A stretch of DNA of 32,000 bases from Erysipelotrichaceae bacterium. GTDB lineage: Bacteria > Bacillota_I > Bacilli_A > Erysipelotrichales > Erysipelotrichaceae. A model generated the notes under the pieces. It was not told the origin of the DNA, ran no database searches, and was given only the letters and a program-made list of their open reading frames with translations. Location of the stretch: assembly GCA_963663995.1 (NCBI GenBank), contig OY760660.1, forward strand, positions 1,110,001 through 1,142,000, in the 5' to 3' direction. Positions 17,808 to 26,291 of this stretch are shown here, piece by piece (position 1 is the stretch's first letter; every line of letters starts with the position of its first letter). A program made the translations under genes and the position numbers.

Positions 17808-19289
17808 TTATTTTCAATTTCTTTTAGTCATAACTTTACTGTATTTATATATTGTCGGTCTAGACACACCAAGTTCTTTTGCATATTGTGTTGGAGATTT
17901 ACCTGGATTTTCTCTAATATATTTAATAACCATTTCCTCTAGAGGTTTTCTTCCATTATTTTCTCTTCAATTAATCCCTTTTTTGAGATTTCTCTTTTGC
18001 TGATTTCTCGCCATTCACAGATGACGTTTTTGTGTTCTTTTGTTTCTCTTATTTCGTTCAATTTTTATTCCAGTCTTTAATTCAATTCACTTTAATGACA
18101 TTTGAAAATTTTCATCATCGTTGTATATTTTAAGAGCTGTTCAAACATCAGCTTCTGTGAATTCATTATGCTCAGAATTATCGATTGAATTAAATAATGG
18201 TATTAATTCAAATGCATCTTTTTCTAGTTGTTCAAATGATGTGTTTGATTTCTTAGCGTAAACGGCTAAAACAGCAATACATCAATAACGTGCACCTACC
18301 CTCACTTCTTTCTTGATTAAATTCAACCATCAGAAATAAACCTCTTTTTTTACTGTTCAATGCTTTTTAGGTTCTTTATTTACTACTCTTCTCTTATACC
18401 AGTCTGGATGTTCCTTTTTCATTTTCTGTAATTTCTTACTTTCTCCTTTTCCAAAATCTTCCAAACTGAATTTTTTATTATTACTTCTAGATTTATACAA
18501 AACATTATGTTCGTTGAGGAATGTCAAAAGTTCTTCTAATTTGATACTATCTCCATATTGGTACGTTTTTGCTAAATGACCACGACCAAATTTTGTTGCT
18601 GATGTAGGTAATCTAAAACTTTGTAATAATCCTAAACTTTGAGGTATAGGAATATTACTTGTTAAGTCATTTCAAATTATGTTTGTTAATTCTTTTTTAA
18701 CTAGGTCAAGAGCATTATAGTTTTCAACGCTAGCAGCAATCGGCTCATCAAAAACATAGTATAAATGAAGACCATTTCCTGAATTAGTAATGAAGGTAGG
18801 TTTAAGTATAAACGATTGGTCAATAAGATGAATGAGAGTTAGTAAATGTTCAGATGTAACTCCATCTAAATCAAATGTCAAAGCATGAATGTTTTTCATA
18901 TTAACTTTTCTAGGACTATTGCCCACATATGTAACAGGGGACATATAAGCAAAACTAGCATTCTCAAAATATTCTAGATTCTCCAATTCATCAAATAGTA
19001 TAAAAGGCTTCACATAATATCTATCTTTTGTCTTGTTTAGAACATTAGACTCACACATGACTATAACATTCCCACGTTTATTAGAAGTCTCATTTTTCTT
19101 CTGCAATGAACCACTGGGGAAAATGCATCTAACAAAATCTTTTAAAGAGGTTTCTTCGAGAAAAGTTGATAGTAATTTTTCTTTGTTATAAAAATCTTCT
19201 AGACCTTTTTGATTTTTACAATTGATTTCTTGTGCTGGCCTTATATTTAAAAAATAATTCTCATAATTTCAATCTAATCTTTTGTGCAT
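17808..19289 (-). CDS. Archaeo-eukaryotic-type primase-polymerase / replication initiator with C-terminal HTH, intact only with TGA=Trp (ten in-frame TGA)
   Basis: SD GGAGGTG precedes the ATG at 19289. The 493-codon frame was checked triplet by triplet and contains no TAA or TAG. In-frame TGAs at 17814, 17967, 18015, 18087, 18141, 18282, 18330, 18357, 18672 and 19269. AEP motifs FDLDG (DxD) and NSGNGLHLYYVF (sGxGxH). C-terminal HTH is SPTQYAKELGVSRPTIYKY. The ORF track sees only 18672..19106. Confidence 0.8.
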
Positions 19290-19423
19290 TTTATAGCACC
19301 TCCAAAATATTTGTGAATAAAAACGGTTAAAGTAAAGTCCAAAACATATAATACAGATCACAATTATAAGATTTATTACAATCCATTCAATAAGCTATTC
19401 AAGCTAATATCAAAGAATATGCA

Positions 19424-19602
19424 ATAAGCTAAGCTGCTTTAGAGAATCACTTAGAGTTCATGCGTTGATCGTCCACCGTTTATACATTGCCTTTGCAAAT
19501 AGACTCTGAGTTGCTTCAGTACATGAGTAGCCATAACCCCCTGAGTCAGAACTTGTTTCACTACGCCGTTGTGTTTCAATCCATACAGTGATATAAGCTA
19601 AG
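19424..19602. other. GC-enriched non-coding module bracketed by 10-bp direct repeats (candidate ori, small RNA or miniature insertion)
   Basis: ATAAGCTAAG occurs at 19424..19433 and again at 19593..19602. The roughly 160 bp between them is visibly richer in G+C than the surrounding sequence and lies 135-310 nt upstream of the primase-polymerase start. Confidence 0.35.
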
Positions 19603-19937
19603 TAACTCGTGTTCAATTGTCTAGTCTAGTAATGTCACCTATATTATCAATTCTTTTTTTTTACACTTTTATTCTATTGTGAAGATTAAAAAGAATAAAA
19701 ATAGGGTGTTTTAAGAATTTTGGATAAACAGACAAGTCTTTCAACATTTTAGAGACAAATCAATTCTGGCAAAAAATCAATCGGTAGTAAATTTATTCAT
19801 GCCTGTTTTAGTATCAAAATAGACTGTATTTAAAGAATTTATAGTAGACTCGATAAAAGATATACTAAAATTTAAAATGTTTTGAATTGAGACTATTTTA
19901 TAAGTTTATTCGATTAAAGCCATTTTGATGTCTTCAT

Positions 19938-19961
19938 AAAAAAAAAGAGAAGCAATTTCTC
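19938..19961 (-). terminator. Probable rho-independent terminator after paralog A
   Basis: The minus strand reads GAGAA-ATTGC-TTCTC followed by T9, about 45 nt downstream of the TGA at 20007. Confidence 0.45.
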
Positions 19962-20006
19962 CTCGTTTAATATTTTTATATTCTGTGCATTAACAATGAC
20001 TTTAAT

Positions 20007-20426
20007 TCAAGCTTCATATGGGTAGAGTGATAATTCATAAGTGTTATAGAAATCTTCATTGCTTATGCCATTATCAATACTACATTGGTTTTTATATGCA
20101 TCATTACATAGTTCATCATCAGGAAATCGACCATTGTTATCAGCAAATACAATGCGCCAAATAGTCTTATCAGTATCTAATAATGAATTCATTTTTTTAA
20201 AACGAACTGGTCTTTTAAATGCATTGAATTTCTTCTGCTCACTTAATGCTTGTTTGTGTTCTCTACAAACTTCGACAATTGTATCAATTAACCTTTCTGC
20301 TTGTTTAAGATCAAGTGGTAAATTGAGTTCAACTTCCAACCCACAATATTTGTCTGCGCCACTTGTAATAAACACTAAACCATTCCTATAAAAAATACTT
20401 ATCTTCCAATCATTGATTTCTCTCAT
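20007..20426 (-). CDS. Small cytoplasmic protein, paralog A of a three-member family (DUF4262-like pattern)
   Basis: 139 aa with SD AAAGGAG. It shares NGA(D/A)KYCGLE(I/V)ELNLPLD and IWRIVFAD.N..FP(D/E)D with 22122..22541 and 22733..23155. Trp codons are TGG. It ends at TGA at the same alignment position where the paralogs end at TAA. Confidence 0.7.
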   Translation of the reverse strand: MREINDWKISIFYRNGLVFITSGADKYCGLEVELNLPLDLKQAERLIDTIVEVCREHKQALSEQKKFNAFKRPVRFKKMNSLLDTDKTIWRIVFADNNGRFPDDELCNDAYKNQCSIDNGISNEDFYNTYELSLYPYEA

Positions 20427-20538
20427 TTTCTTGCTCCTTTTTCAATCAATGATTTATTCTATTGGGTTAATTCTAGAATTATCAGAATTTAAAAAAATTC
20501 AGAAAGAATGATAAAGAACCAGAGGATTGATATGTAAC

Positions 20539-20805
20539 TCAAGAACTCTGATAAATCAAGTTGTGTAAGTAACGTCCAAATTTAATCATTATTTTTCTAA
20601 ATGCAAAATACAAATAGATAAAAATAAAACTCGAAAGTATACCCTTCCAGGTTTGAGAGAATGTGACTGACTCGACAAAGAGTGTATAAAAAAACAATAC
20701 TATTCCTGTTGCAGCGGCTATTACGAAAGAAAAGAGCATGATTTTTGTAAGAAACGGTAAGATCGATTCAACACCAACTGTAAGAAAAGGTCTTCTTTTA
20801 TTCAC
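20539..20805 (-). CDS. Small two-helix membrane protein (88 aa)
   Basis: GTG start at 20805, 7 nt after GAGGAG. Two hydrophobic helices. Ends at TGA. Confidence 0.5.
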   Translation of the reverse strand: MNKRRPFLTVGVESILPFLTKIMLFSFVIAAATGIVLFFYTLFVESVTFSQTWKGILSSFIFIYLYFAFRKIMIKFGRYLHNLIYQSS

Positions 20806-20869
20806 GTAAAAACTCCTCAACTACTATGCAACTTTTGCTTCAATCATCTTAAATGGTTCATGGAACAGT

Positions 20870-21352
20870 TTAATTATTATTTGTTAAATCCACAATAGCA
20901 ATCACTTTACAAGCGATTTGAGAGCCTTTTAACGGACCCCTTGTTCGAGAATCATAACTATTTGAATAGTTATCCCCAAGCAAGAAATATTCCCCTTCTC
21001 CTAGGATATAATGTTGGTCATTAATAGCTTTGAGTTTTACATTTGTTAATGTTACACCATTGATTGTGACGTTAAATCCATCAACCAATACTTCATCACC
21101 TGGAACACCAACAACTCTTTTTAAGTAAGGTTCTAGGGTTTTCCCATCCGCAGCAGCCCAATCATTAATTCTGTTTGTACTTACGATGTCGCCAACTTCA
21201 TATCCAAAGTTAACGCAAATACCAACACCGATATCGCCTGTTCCAATTGTAGGCTCCATAGAATTACCAAAAGGGAATATAGGTCTAAATGTGTACATAA
21301 CAAATACCAATAATGTAAATTTTACTAAGAAGTCTTTGTCGATTTTTTTCAA
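20870..21352 (-). CDS. Signal peptidase I (S26 family), short form
   Basis: Motifs GNSMEPTI (catalytic Ser), YLKRVVGVPGDEV (Lys box) and GDNYSNSYDSR. 160 aa with an N-terminal TM anchor. Confidence 0.85.
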   Translation of the reverse strand: MKKIDKDFLVKFTLLVFVMYTFRPIFPFGNSMEPTIGTGDIGVGICVNFGYEVGDIVSTNRINDWAAADGKTLEPYLKRVVGVPGDEVLVDGFNVTINGVTLTNVKLKAINDQHYILGEGEYFLLGDNYSNSYDSRTRGPLKGSQIACKVIAIVDLTNNN

Positions 21353-21590
21353 AATATGTCTCCTTTAGTCTATTTGACTAATTATTTTAATGAGACTTAT
21401 ACAATGACCTCTTATTTGTTCCCTTTTATACATATAAATTATATCATGTTTAATTTAATTGTAATAACAATTCAAATATCAATGAATCCATTTTATTATC
21501 GTAATAAATTCTTAGTGTTATTTAATTCTTCAACAGGTTTAAAAAGAAAACACCCTTCAAATTGAATGATGTTTAAATGTACAAACTTTT

Positions 21591-21923
21591 TTATCCAACT
21601 GTACCATCTATGTATAAAAATGAATAATAATCACTTTCATAATAAGTGTAGTAAAGTTGAAAACAATTTTCTTTAGGTCGAAAAACAATAGATTTTGGTA
21701 ATAAATTTTCTCTTGCTTCTAAACCGAAACCATTTAGAAAATTGATAATAAGTCATTTTGCAAATTCTTTTTTTACATTTGATAGGTGTGACATTCCTTC
21801 AATTTTCAGAATATCAAACTCTAGAACCTTTTTAACTTCTTCACAGGTTTTAAATTTACCATTTTCTATTTTGTGAGCAATATATGCATATTCCACATAT
21901 GGATACCGTAACGGTGTTTTCAT
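21591..21923 (-). CDS. Hypothetical protein (110 aa), intact only with TGA=Trp (one in-frame TGA)
   Basis: SD AAAGGAG lies 8 nt before the ATG at 21923. The frame continues 55 codons past the TGA at 21753 with no TAA or TAG, reading ...KEFAKWLIINFLNGFGLEARENLL...YIDGTVG. Confidence 0.5.
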
Positions 21924-22121
21924 TCTTTGAACTCCTTTCAATCTTTTCAGATATGTTCTCATTCTATATCGACAAAACTATTTAGTTTTTAATAGGTGGT
22001 TTCAGCATTTAAAAACATGCTTTAGCAATCTTCTAGCTGATCACTCTAATGAAATTGAAGAGGAGTTTTCAATCTCATCTTGATTGAATATTAAACAAAT
22101 TTTAAAAAATGCTACATGCAT

Positions 22122-22541
22122 TTATGCATCAAACTTTCTTGCTCTTGTTAATGTATATACTAAAAAGTCTAATGGATCCATGTTACGTTCATCTTTCAAT
22201 TGATATTTAAAGTGAATATCACAATTTGAATCTTCTGGAAATAGATTGTTCCAGTCTGATAAAACCACTCGCCATATTTGCGTTTTTCCATTTATAAATG
22301 AGACTTCTTTTTTAATTCTAATTAAATTTTTGATAATACTTAGTTCCGTAATTTCAGAAGGTTGTATATTCTCATCTCTACACTTTTCAATAATAGCATC
22401 CATAATCTCTTCAGCGTTGTTTAATAGAATTGGAACAATGAATTCAATTTCTAGACCACAATACTTATCTGCTCCATTTGATATTAGCGCACAAGCAAAT
22501 TGATTATTTACGTCAAATTCCCAATCTTTATTCTTTTTCAT
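22122..22541 (-). CDS. Paralog B of the three-member small-protein family
   Basis: 139 aa from the ATG at 22541 (SD AAGAGG). The ORF-track start at 22574 is probably too long. Ends FDA-TAA. Confidence 0.7.
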   Translation of the reverse strand: MKKNKDWEFDVNNQFACALISNGADKYCGLEIEFIVPILLNNAEEIMDAIIEKCRDENIQPSEITELSIIKNLIRIKKEVSFINGKTQIWRVVLSDWNNLFPEDSNCDIHFKYQLKDERNMDPLDFLVYTLTRARKFDA

Positions 22542-22732
22542 TCTGTACCTCTTGGACATCTGTTTTGATATCACTTTACTAGATGATTTTGATTTTATAA
22601 GATGTTAAAAGATAATTGTACGAAACCTTGCATTAGCAATCTTCAAGCTGATCACTCTAATGAAATTGAAGAGGAGCTTTTCATCTCCTCTTGATTGGAT
22701 ATTTAACAAATCTTAAAAAATGCTACATGCAT

Positions 22733-23155
22733 TTATGCATCAAACACCTTTTTAAAAATATCATATTGATTTAAATATTCTTCATAATTCATGTCGTTAT
22801 CTACACTTAGCTGTCTCTTATATATTGATTCACATGCAGGGTCTTCAGGGAAAAGATTATTTGAATCAGCAAAAACGATACGCCACACGAGTGTTTTTTC
22901 ATCAAATAAGGAAATCATTTTCTCGAATCTAACGGGACGTTTGATTCGTTCGTTTAGTTTCTGAATTTCATGTACTGACTTATTCTCATCTCTGCATGAT
23001 TCAATAATAATGTCTAATAATTCCCTTGCACGATATAAATCAAGCGGTAAGTTGAGCTCAATCTCTAATCCACAATACTTTGCAGCACCATTTGAAATGT
23101 ATACTGCTCCATTGCGCATGAATACACTCATGCGCCAGTCTTTTTTCTTTGTCAT
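22733..23155 (-). CDS. Paralog C of the three-member small-protein family
   Basis: 140 aa with SD AGGAGG. Closest to paralog A. Ends FDA-TAA. Confidence 0.75.
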   Translation of the reverse strand: MTKKKDWRMSVFMRNGAVYISNGAAKYCGLEIELNLPLDLYRARELLDIIIESCRDENKSVHEIQKLNERIKRPVRFEKMISLFDEKTLVWRIVFADSNNLFPEDPACESIYKRQLSVDNDMNYEEYLNQYDIFKKVFDA

Positions 23156-23427
23156 TTTGGACCTCCTGGATATCTATTTTGATATCCCTTTTTGACTGAT
23201 TTTGATTTTATAAGAAGTTGAAAGACATTTGTACGAAACCTTGCATTAGCAATTTTGACACTAGATTTTCATATCAATTTCAGATCAGTGATTCAGATTT
23301 AGAAAAAGAGAAACACGCATTTATGTCTCTCTTATCTGAAGGCAATGTTATGGTTGGGGGGAAGTTCATTGCCTTTATTAGTATTCTAACTGATTAACTC
23401 TTTTAAGTTGTCTCAAATTCGTCTCAA

Positions 23428-24414
23428 TTACACTTTCTTTTTTTCAAGTTCTAATCACTCAGGGTCACTCTTCTTAAGTAAGCATCGATTTTCATCTCTA
23501 TTTCAATAATTTATCCCAGTCATATTAAAATGTCGATTCACATTCACATTTACAAATTTGTAACCATCAAATGTTTCATCGAACCTTTTCTTTTCTGGTG
23601 TTGCCCTTCCAAAATTGCTGACTCTACCCACATTGTTGGAAGTGACTCTCATATGACTTTCATACAGTTCTTTTTTACGCTTATTTCATACATAGAATGT
23701 TATTGAGTAGTGATATGCCATTTGATGATACTCCATGAAGTCATTGATTCTTCGTGTTATTTCAATCAGTTTTTGATTTGTTATATTATCATCTGAGTCT
23801 AAAACCATGAACTCGATGCTTTTCAAATGCTTTGACTCATCTAATTTAGGTCGTAGATAGATGTGTCGACGATATAGCATTAATAAGGTAACTTTGGGTT
23901 TCTCTGGTGCATTCTTTATATTAATGAACTTATCTTTTGAAGCATCACCTTTTCTATTTCTATTCTTTAAACTTTGATTTTTATGGTCAAGATGAAATTG
24001 CATCCATTCTTTACCTTTATAGAGATGTGCTGATAATTGAATATTATTACCCAAAAAATCTTTAGATACAGGTCTTGTTCAATTTATCAGTGCATTGTAC
24101 AAATAGGGTATTTGGTTCATGTTAATAAACCATGGAAAATCAAACCCTTCTTCATCTTCAATCGCTTTTGCCATTATTAATAATCGTTTTTTATTTATTC
24201 TCATTCCATTTGATTGAGTAACGAATAAACTATTCTCTCGTTCATTATAGTTGACCACATTTATTCCAGGTATTTTCCTGAGATATTCAATAAAGTAGTT
24301 TTGTGATGGTCTTTCACTTTCTGGCAATGCATCATATAGTTGTTTAACTAATAAACCACCATGTTTTTTTACAAGTTCAATAATAACTTCATCATTATAT
24401 TTTTTGCGTTTCAA
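23428..24414 (-). CDS. Hypothetical 328-aa protein, intact only with TGA=Trp (four in-frame TGA)
   Basis: TTG start at 24414, 5 nt after GGGAGG. The frame joins track ORFs 24079..24414 and 23686..24054 and extends to the TAA at 23428. In-frame TGAs at 24079, 23686, 23503 and 23455. The junctions were checked and contain no TAA or TAG. The N-terminus looks like a winged helix. Confidence 0.65.
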
Positions 24415-24931
24415 ATTGTCCTCCCATACGGCGTGCGAATTCGCGTTTCTTTTCGATATGTTCTTTTGTGTAATGAGTGGTTGTTATTTCTATAAAAACC
24501 CACTCACCATTATCCTTTCTATATGCTCCATCACAAACTGATAGTTTATCCAGTTTCAACCCTTTATCAAATGCAAGTTGCCTTAATTCACTTTCTGTTT
24601 TTCAAGAACATTGCTCACTCTTAGATCTACTTGCAAAGTAATCAAATAAAACTTTGTCATGTGAATAACTATTTGATACATAGGGATGAACTCATGTTTC
24701 CTTTTCAAAAACTTCTCTACCCTTCTGTGTTGTTCTATATCATGAATGATTAGCATCATATTCATCAGTAATTCACCCAAGATTTTTTCAAGTAAATAAT
24801 CGGTTCTTTGAAATGCCTGAATAGGCTATCGCATCCTCTTTTGATAGATTACAGACAATATTAAATAGACGTGCACATTTTATATCACTATCCATTCAGG
24901 TATTCATTTTTCAATCACCTTTTCGACTCAT
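24395..24931 (-). CDS. wHTH protein resembling the replication-relaxation family, intact only with TGA=Trp (seven in-frame TGA)
   Basis: SD AGGAGG precedes the ATG at 24931. The 178-codon frame was checked triplet by triplet. In-frame TGAs at 24911, 24896, 24788, 24773, 24740, 24692 and 24602. The pattern WKNLGWI...YRTTQKG...SHDKVLFDYF...CDGAYRKDNGEWVFIEITTTHY parallels Replic_Relax-type proteins. The gene overlaps the next gene by 20 nt. Confidence 0.6.
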
Positions 24932-25164
24932 TAATATAGACCTCCTATAGTTTATATGTGTTAATTAAAACAATTGAAAATACTTTGTTGATTTTAATAT
25001 TTAAAAATTGTCATGTTCAAAATTTTATTCAAATCTTCTATTCATTTGAAATAAGCTTTTTCTTTGTTACGCTTTTATATACATACACAAGCAAGAATCA
25101 AGTATGTCCAATTTCTATTGAAATGATCAGACTTTAAACCACTTTTCTTAGTTTTCTTAATCTG

Positions 25165-25518
25165 ATGGGGGGGTTAGTCTTAAAACAGCTATGGTATGTT
25201 AGCATTTTGTATAATTTGAAGTTGCTAATAATCTATAGTGTTAATATATGATGTCTAGTTTTGGTTTATTCTAAAATCATAAGAAAGTGAGTTCCTACGT
25301 ATAAAATACAAATTAATTTCTATAACGGTGAAAATAAAGGTCAAGAATGGATTCTTAAAAATCTAAGTATTGAAAATGTAGTTTCTTTTTACAAACGACT
25401 ACCAAAGAATTATTCAAATACGATGATCATTTATGTTTACCATGTTAAAAAAAGAATTTTGATTAGTGATTTTATATTAGACAATTTAACAACTCAAAAC
25501 AAACAAACAATTAGTTAA
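25165..25518 (+). CDS. Hypothetical 117-aa protein with an N-terminal TM helix, intact only with TGA=Trp (two in-frame TGA)
   Basis: The frame is open for 127 codons apart from TGAs at 25249 and 25288. The ATG at 25165 is followed directly by a G7 tract. There is no obvious SD, so the start is uncertain. Confidence 0.45.
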
Positions 25519-25702
25519 GATTTTTTATTTTTACTTTTTAGTTCTTACACATTAACTTTGCATTTCATTGCTACTTAATAACTGATAAACATAGTTTTCA
25601 TGTATTTAGAGATTTAAATCAACAATAAACTTTACTTTCAGTTTCCTAATGCAAACTTTCAAACACAAGTTTTTTCTTTGTTTTATTATCTGCATATAGA
25701 AC

Positions 25703-25726
25703 AAGAGCTCGAACGAGCTATGGAGA
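25703..25726 (+). promoter_or_regulatory. Conserved leader hairpin plus SD (copy 2)
   Basis: AAGAGCTCGAACGAGCTATGGAGA matches 9995..10018 with 1 mismatch. About 50 nt of upstream sequence is also similar between the two copies. Confidence 0.5.
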
Positions 25727-25734
25727 ATAAGAGT

Positions 25735-25965
25735 ATGAAAGCAAAAGAATTAGAAGTTTTATTCAAGAAAGTTTGGAATGATTTAGAGTTAAATAAGGAT
25801 GCAAAGATTCTTCATTATCAATGTGATAAAAATTTCCATGTCGTGTGGCAAACAGATGGTTTAGAATTTTCTATGAAATATGATTATATCTCTGAGAATG
25901 ATTATCATTTTGCACAATATATAAAAGAAATTTCATCAGGAAATTTTATCATGGATATTAAATAA
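25735..25965 (+). CDS. Hypothetical 76-aa protein, paralogous to the N-terminus of the 10022 gene
   Basis: The ATG at 25735 lies 8 nt after GGAGA (alternatively ATG at 25721). ELEVLFKKVWNDLE...FHVVWQTDGLEFSMKYD aligns with EAFALYKKMKKIIE...LTGVWKYNSVEISVGFE. Confidence 0.55.
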   Translation: MKAKELEVLFKKVWNDLELNKDAKILHYQCDKNFHVVWQTDGLEFSMKYDYISENDYHFAQYIKEISSGNFIMDIK

Positions 25966-26097
25966 GGTTCATACATATAAAATATGGTTTTGATTATTCT
26001 TTTCCTTTGAAATATGAATGAACAAAATCAACTAAATGTAATAATCTTAAAATAACTATCTAAAATATAAGTGTTAAAACAAAAAGGATGAAGAAAA

Positions 26098-26283
26098 TTG
26101 AAAATAGATATTACAATCAATTTCTGGATAATTGTAAACTCCTTTTCTTCGATTTGAGATGATAAGCAATTCGACCCCTTTCCCTTTAATACAATTGCAA
26201 AATTCAGTAGTTTAAATTCAGATACTTATAACTGAACAACTACTATCCAATTCATCTTTGTTTTAATAGCTACCTCAAGGTAG
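26098..26283 (+). CDS. Possible 61-aa protein needing TGA=Trp (two in-frame TGA)
   Basis: TTG start at 26098 after AAGGA (or GTG at 26071). In-frame TGAs at 26155 and 26233. The stop TAG lies inside a strong terminator. Confidence 0.3.
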
Positions 26284-26291
26284 CTTTTTTA
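26268..26291 (+). terminator. Rho-independent terminator
   Basis: AGCTACC-TCAA-GGTAGCT followed by TTTTTT. Confidence 0.7.

Larger units (their letters stand above)
22016..23253. repeat. Tandem duplication of a cassette of about 610 bp (two full units plus the start of a third)
   Basis: 22016..22133 and 22627..22745 are near-identical (about 118 bp, containing the hairpin AAGAGGAG...CTCCTCTT and the last codons of each paralog). GTACGAAACCTTGCATTAGCAAT recurs at 22618 and 23231. The leaders GATTTTGATTTTATAAGA recur at about 22588 and 23201. Confidence 0.75.

Noticed and set aside
19400-19625. Roughly 74-codon open frame (minus strand, needs two TGA=Trp) across the GC-enriched module
   Set aside because: There is no ATG or SD at its start. 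The sequence is low-complexity (SETSSDSGGYGYS), and an open frame of this length is unsurprising in G+C-richer sequence. It is treated as non-coding.
24583-24780. 65-aa standard-code ORF on the minus strand
   Set aside because: It lies in a different frame, inside a 178-codon frame that has a strong SD, no TAA or TAG, and a protein-like wHTH sequence when TGA is read as Trp. The short ORF is most likely a frame shadow.
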